This document shows positions 60,862 through 64,000 of a DNA stretch of 64,000 nucleotides, piece by piece. Below the pieces are notes generated by a model, which was not told the DNA's origin, did not search any database, and worked only from the letters and a program-made list of their open reading frames with translations. This stretch comes from an uncultured Chloroflexia bacterium (GTDB lineage: Bacteria > Chloroflexota > Limnocylindria > Limnocylindrales > CSP1-4): assembly GCA_963766735.1 (NCBI GenBank), contig CAVYBU010000003.1, positions 1 through 64,000 on the forward strand. The letters run 5' to 3'. Each line of letters opens with the position of its first letter. The first letter of the stretch is position 1. The position numbers and the translations under genes are program-made.

Positions 60862-61596
60862 ATGGTCGCCACCCTGCTCACCGCACTCCGCACGCGGCTC
60901 CTGCCTGCGCTCGTGACCGCGATGGGCGTCATGCTGGTCACGGCCGGCCTGCTCTCGTACGCGGACCCCGCCACAGCCGGCACCGCGGTCGTGGAGACGC
61001 CGAGCATCGAGACCCTCGCGCCGACCGAGGAGCCCACGCCGACGATCGAGGTGGCGTCTCCATCGGTGAACCCGTCCACAACGGCATCGGCTGAGCCGAC
61101 GGCAGAGGCAACGCCGCCACCCGCCGGGCGGGCTGTTGCCACCCGCGTGGTTGTCCCGGCGCTCAAGATCGACATGCCGATCGTCGAGGGCAACGCCAGC
61201 TACCCATACTGCAACGTCGCGATGTACATCAAGGAGCTGGGCCAGCCCGGCGAGGACCGCGCCACGTACCTCTACGCCCATGCGCGCGACGGCATGTTCG
61301 GCCCGATCTACGAGCTCGCGATCCCGAAGAAGAACGGCAAGAAGATGCTGGGGATGGTCGTGCAGGTCTACACCAGCGACGACAAGCTCTACCTGTACGA
61401 GATCCGCGAGGTGCGGCTCCACCAGCTGGACCTGGACGACGCGCTGGGGGCCACCTCAGAGGAGCTCTGGCTCCAGACCTCGGAGGGACCCAAGGGCACG
61501 CCGGGCAAGACCCAGGTCCGCGCCCTCCCGATCTCGGTCGGCCAGGCGGACCCGGCGGACGCGCATCCCAAGGCGAAGCCCGTCGCCTGCGGGTAG
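60862..61596 (+). CDS. Sortase-fold membrane protein with Ser in place of the catalytic Cys
   Basis: TM + PT linker, VVPALKIDMPIVEG, YLYAHAR, LWLQTSEG. Confidence 0.78.
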   Translation: MVATLLTALRTRLLPALVTAMGVMLVTAGLLSYADPATAGTAVVETPSIETLAPTEEPTPTIEVASPSVNPSTTASAEPTAEATPPPAGRAVATRVVVPALKIDMPIVEGNASYPYCNVAMYIKELGQPGEDRATYLYAHARDGMFGPIYELAIPKKNGKKMLGMVVQVYTSDDKLYLYEIREVRLHQLDLDDALGATSEELWLQTSEGPKGTPGKTQVRALPISVGQADPADAHPKAKPVACG

Positions 61597-61681
61597 GAGC
61601 TCAGATCCCGGTCGATCCGCCGCAGCAGGATCGCGGCCGGCGCCGCGCCCGCGGATCAGCGCCTCCTGCCTGGCTGCGCGG

Positions 61682-63415
61682 TCAGGTGGCTCCCCCTGGG
61701 CCGGCCGCAGGGGGTCCGGGCGCGCGGTCGGGGTGGGGCCCGCCGGGTTCGGCACGTTCGACCGCTCCATCGGCACCAGGCGCTGTGGCGGGGGCCGGGA
61801 CCGGCTCCCGCGGCGCGAGCCTGCGTCGCCGCCGGTCCAGCAGCAGGGCCGGCGGCACCGCCGCTGCCGTCACGGCCGCGGCGACCAGGAAGATGCCGAC
61901 CATGATCCGCGCGGCCTCGCCTGCCGCCCAGGCCTCCAGGGCCTCGACCACCAGCGGGTCCTTCAGCTGCCGCCCATGGAGGGCCTCCGGGACGTACTGC
62001 AGGTAGGCGTCCGACGAGGCGTAGACCTGGTCGTACAGACGGTCGATGGTCGTGGAGCCGTATGCCGTGAGGATCGCGAGGCCCACGGCCATACCGATCA
62101 TCCGTGCAACGGTCACGGTGGACGATGCGATGCCGTACTGCTCCACGGCTACCGCTTCCACGGCCGCCGTCGAGCGCGGCGTCACCGTGAGCCCGAAGCC
62201 AGCCCCGAATAGCGCCAGCGCCGCCGCCGCGCCCTGAACCGAGGTCTCCGGGGTCCAGCCCGCCATGAGCACGAGGCCGACGATCGACGCCGAGAGGCCC
62301 GCCACCGTGACCAGGCGCAGCGAGAAGATCCGCACCGCGAAACCAGACAGCAGGGCCGCGACCGCGGTTGCGGCCGCGAGCGAACCGAGCGCGACCTGCT
62401 GCTCGGCTGGGCCGCCATACAGAACGCGGTCCACGAACACCGCCGCGCCCACGATCGCCGTCGCCAGGCCGTAGCCGGTCAGGACGGAGACGAGCGCCGC
62501 CGAGGCGAACCCCGCGTGCCGGAAGAGCCGCGGGTCGAGGAAGGGGTCCTGGACGCGCAGGCCCCGGATGATGGAGACCGGCCCGGCAACAGCGGCGATG
62601 CCGGCCAGGACCAGCCCGATCGTCGAGGGGTCCGGCCCGCTCCCGAGGCCGGTCGCGTCGCCGCCCTCCGCCCGACTGCCGAGCAGCGTCAACGCGCCCA
62701 GGGCTCCGACCAGGAACGCGGAGAACAGAAGCGCGCCGACCACGTCGACACGCCCGCTGCGGCGCGGCGTCTCCCAGCCGCTGCTGGCCGCCCAGGCCAG
62801 CGCCAGCGCGCCGATGCCGACCGGCACATTGACGTAGAAGACCCAGCGCCACGCGGGCGCCAGCGCATCCGCCAGGACCGAGCCCGGCGCCACGCCCAGG
62901 CGCGCGAGGGCGACCTCCGGGTGGATGACATCGAGGATCGCCGCGCCGAGGAACGGCCCTGCGGCCATCCCCAGGAACGTGAGCGCACCGATGACGCCCA
63001 GGGCTCGCGATCTGCCAGAGCCCGGGAACAGGTGGGACGCCGCGGACGTGGCCACGGGCACCAGCGCCCCGCCGCCGGCCGCCTGGACCAGTCGCGCGAC
63101 GATCAGCAATTCGAGCGTCGGCGCGGCACCGGCGAGCGCAGAGCCAACCGTGAACAGTCCGAGAGCCCCGAGGAACACGCGGCGGTTGCCCCACAGGTCC
63201 GCCAGTCGCCCGGCCAGCGGCATGGTGACGACGTAGACCAGCAGGTAGCCGTTGATGATCCAGGACGCCTCGCGGAGGCGGGCCCACGTGGCCAGGTCGG
63301 TGACGATCGCCGGCAGGGCGACCGCCGTGATCATCAGTTCGAGGCCGGCCAGGAAGACGCCCGTCCCCAGGACGGCGAGGAGCACGAGGGAATCTCGGCG
63401 CGGGAGCTGGTCCAC
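61682..63415 (-). CDS. MFS transporter, DHA2 (14-TM) drug:H+ antiporter type
   Basis: WIINGYLL, GRLADLWGNRR, RLVQAAGGG, WRWVFYVNVP. Confidence 0.92.
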   Translation of the reverse strand: MDQLPRRDSLVLLAVLGTGVFLAGLELMITAVALPAIVTDLATWARLREASWIINGYLLVYVVTMPLAGRLADLWGNRRVFLGALGLFTVGSALAGAAPTLELLIVARLVQAAGGGALVPVATSAASHLFPGSGRSRALGVIGALTFLGMAAGPFLGAAILDVIHPEVALARLGVAPGSVLADALAPAWRWVFYVNVPVGIGALALAWAASSGWETPRRSGRVDVVGALLFSAFLVGALGALTLLGSRAEGGDATGLGSGPDPSTIGLVLAGIAAVAGPVSIIRGLRVQDPFLDPRLFRHAGFASAALVSVLTGYGLATAIVGAAVFVDRVLYGGPAEQQVALGSLAAATAVAALLSGFAVRIFSLRLVTVAGLSASIVGLVLMAGWTPETSVQGAAAALALFGAGFGLTVTPRSTAAVEAVAVEQYGIASSTVTVARMIGMAVGLAILTAYGSTTIDRLYDQVYASSDAYLQYVPEALHGRQLKDPLVVEALEAWAAGEAARIMVGIFLVAAAVTAAAVPPALLLDRRRRRLAPREPVPAPATAPGADGAVERAEPGGPHPDRAPGPPAAGPGGAT

Positions 63416-63466
63416 GCCCCGAGTTTAGGCGGTGCCGGCCCATGAGCGGTGGCGTGTCGAGGGGTG

Positions 63467-63511
63467 TTGACAGGGGCTCGCTTCACTCCTAATATCAACG
63501 CCCATTGATAT
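63467..63511 (+). promoter_or_regulatory. Sigma70 promoter with overlapping ArsR-type operator
   Basis: TTGACA-N17-TAATAT; inverted repeat ATATCAA-N6-TTGATAT at 63492-63511. Confidence 0.72.
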
Positions 63512-63563
63512 AAATGGCGGTTGATCCTTCGGCGTCTCCCAAGTTGCAGGTTGCCTGACCGAC

Positions 63564-63938
63564 GTGTCTCCTTCCCCCGCGCGCTTCCGCAGCACCCTCG
63601 CCGCCGCCGTGGACCAGCCCGACGACCTCCGCGAGCTGCGACGCTTCCACAAGGTCCTGGCGGACGTGAACCGGCTGCGCATCGTGCGCCGGCTCGCGGA
63701 CGGCCCGGCGACGGTCTCGGAGCTGATCGAGCACGTCGGGTTGTCGCAGCCCCTGGTCTCGTGGCACCTGGGCAAGCTGCGCGAGGTGGGCCTGGTGGCC
63801 GCGCGTCGCCGCGGCCGGGAGGTCGTCCACACGATCGTTCCGGAGGCGTTCGCGACCTTTGCCCAACGTGAGGCCCGGGTCCTTGGCCTGGAGCCCGACG
63901 CCGCAGCCGCGGCCGACCTGAAGGGAGCCATCTCGTGA
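63564..63938 (+). CDS. ArsR/SmtB-family regulator (true start may be ATG 63514 if one C is missing at ~63555)
   Basis: KVLADVNRLRIV, TVSEL, LSQPLVSWHLGKLREVGLV..RRRGR. Confidence 0.9.
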   Translation: MSPSPARFRSTLAAAVDQPDDLRELRRFHKVLADVNRLRIVRRLADGPATVSELIEHVGLSQPLVSWHLGKLREVGLVAARRRGREVVHTIVPEAFATFAQREARVLGLEPDAAAAADLKGAIS

Positions 63939-64000
63939 GCGGTGCCATCGTCAGCCCTGAGCTGCGGGCGAAGATCCGCGGCATGGTCACGCCGATCGCC
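63935..64000 (+). CDS. 5' end of the next gene, possibly a CDP-alcohol phosphatidyltransferase (partial)
   Basis: GTGA overlap with the arsR stop; MSGAIVSPELRAKIRGMVTPIA. Only 22 codons are visible. Confidence 0.35.
   Translation, partial: MSGAIVSPELRAKIRGMVTPIA

Noticed and set aside
63514-63558. uORF/leader peptide before arsR
   Set aside because: Adding one C joins it in frame to arsR, so it is more likely the true N-terminus with a sequencing deletion.

Overview
Very GC-rich bacterial chromosomal window, mostly housekeeping genes. Gene content and style suggest Chloroflexota (possibly Ca. Limnocylindria); this is inference only. In order: two tandem ABC-2 exporters; a GGDEF/HD-GYP gene; a thioesterase and hypotheticals; acyP-holB; a giant NYN RNase; a liv operon; hpt; csoR; rsmG; a KimA-like/USP/TrkA-TrkA K+ module; an hsp20-hspR-lon-dnaJ-clpB heat-shock operon; a divergent purH with glpX-pepE; folK; MidA/NDUFAF7; a complete nuo operon; LysE, TlpA, a sortase-like gene, an MFS and an ArsR. 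The standout is the complex I operon. Its order is the 11-subunit type (ABCDH-I-JKLMN), but nuoI is split by a ~4 kb inserted NuoE/F/G-GltD (Stn/Nfn-Bfu-like) module. The N-half of NuoI is fused to a cluster-less NuoE fragment, and the C-half is fused to the end of an NADPH-type flavo-Fe-S protein. The NuoF-like subunit is degenerate, which points to a hard-wired NADPH-fed complex I. Other leads are an NYN nuclease with an RNase E-like disordered scaffold, a highly structured RNA leader behind paired DnaA boxes upstream of rsmG, a PurH with an eroded cyclohydrolase site, and a Cys-to-Ser sortase. Several single-base indels and one garbled junction suggest long-read consensus errors. I saw no rRNA, tRNA, CRISPR array or mobile element.
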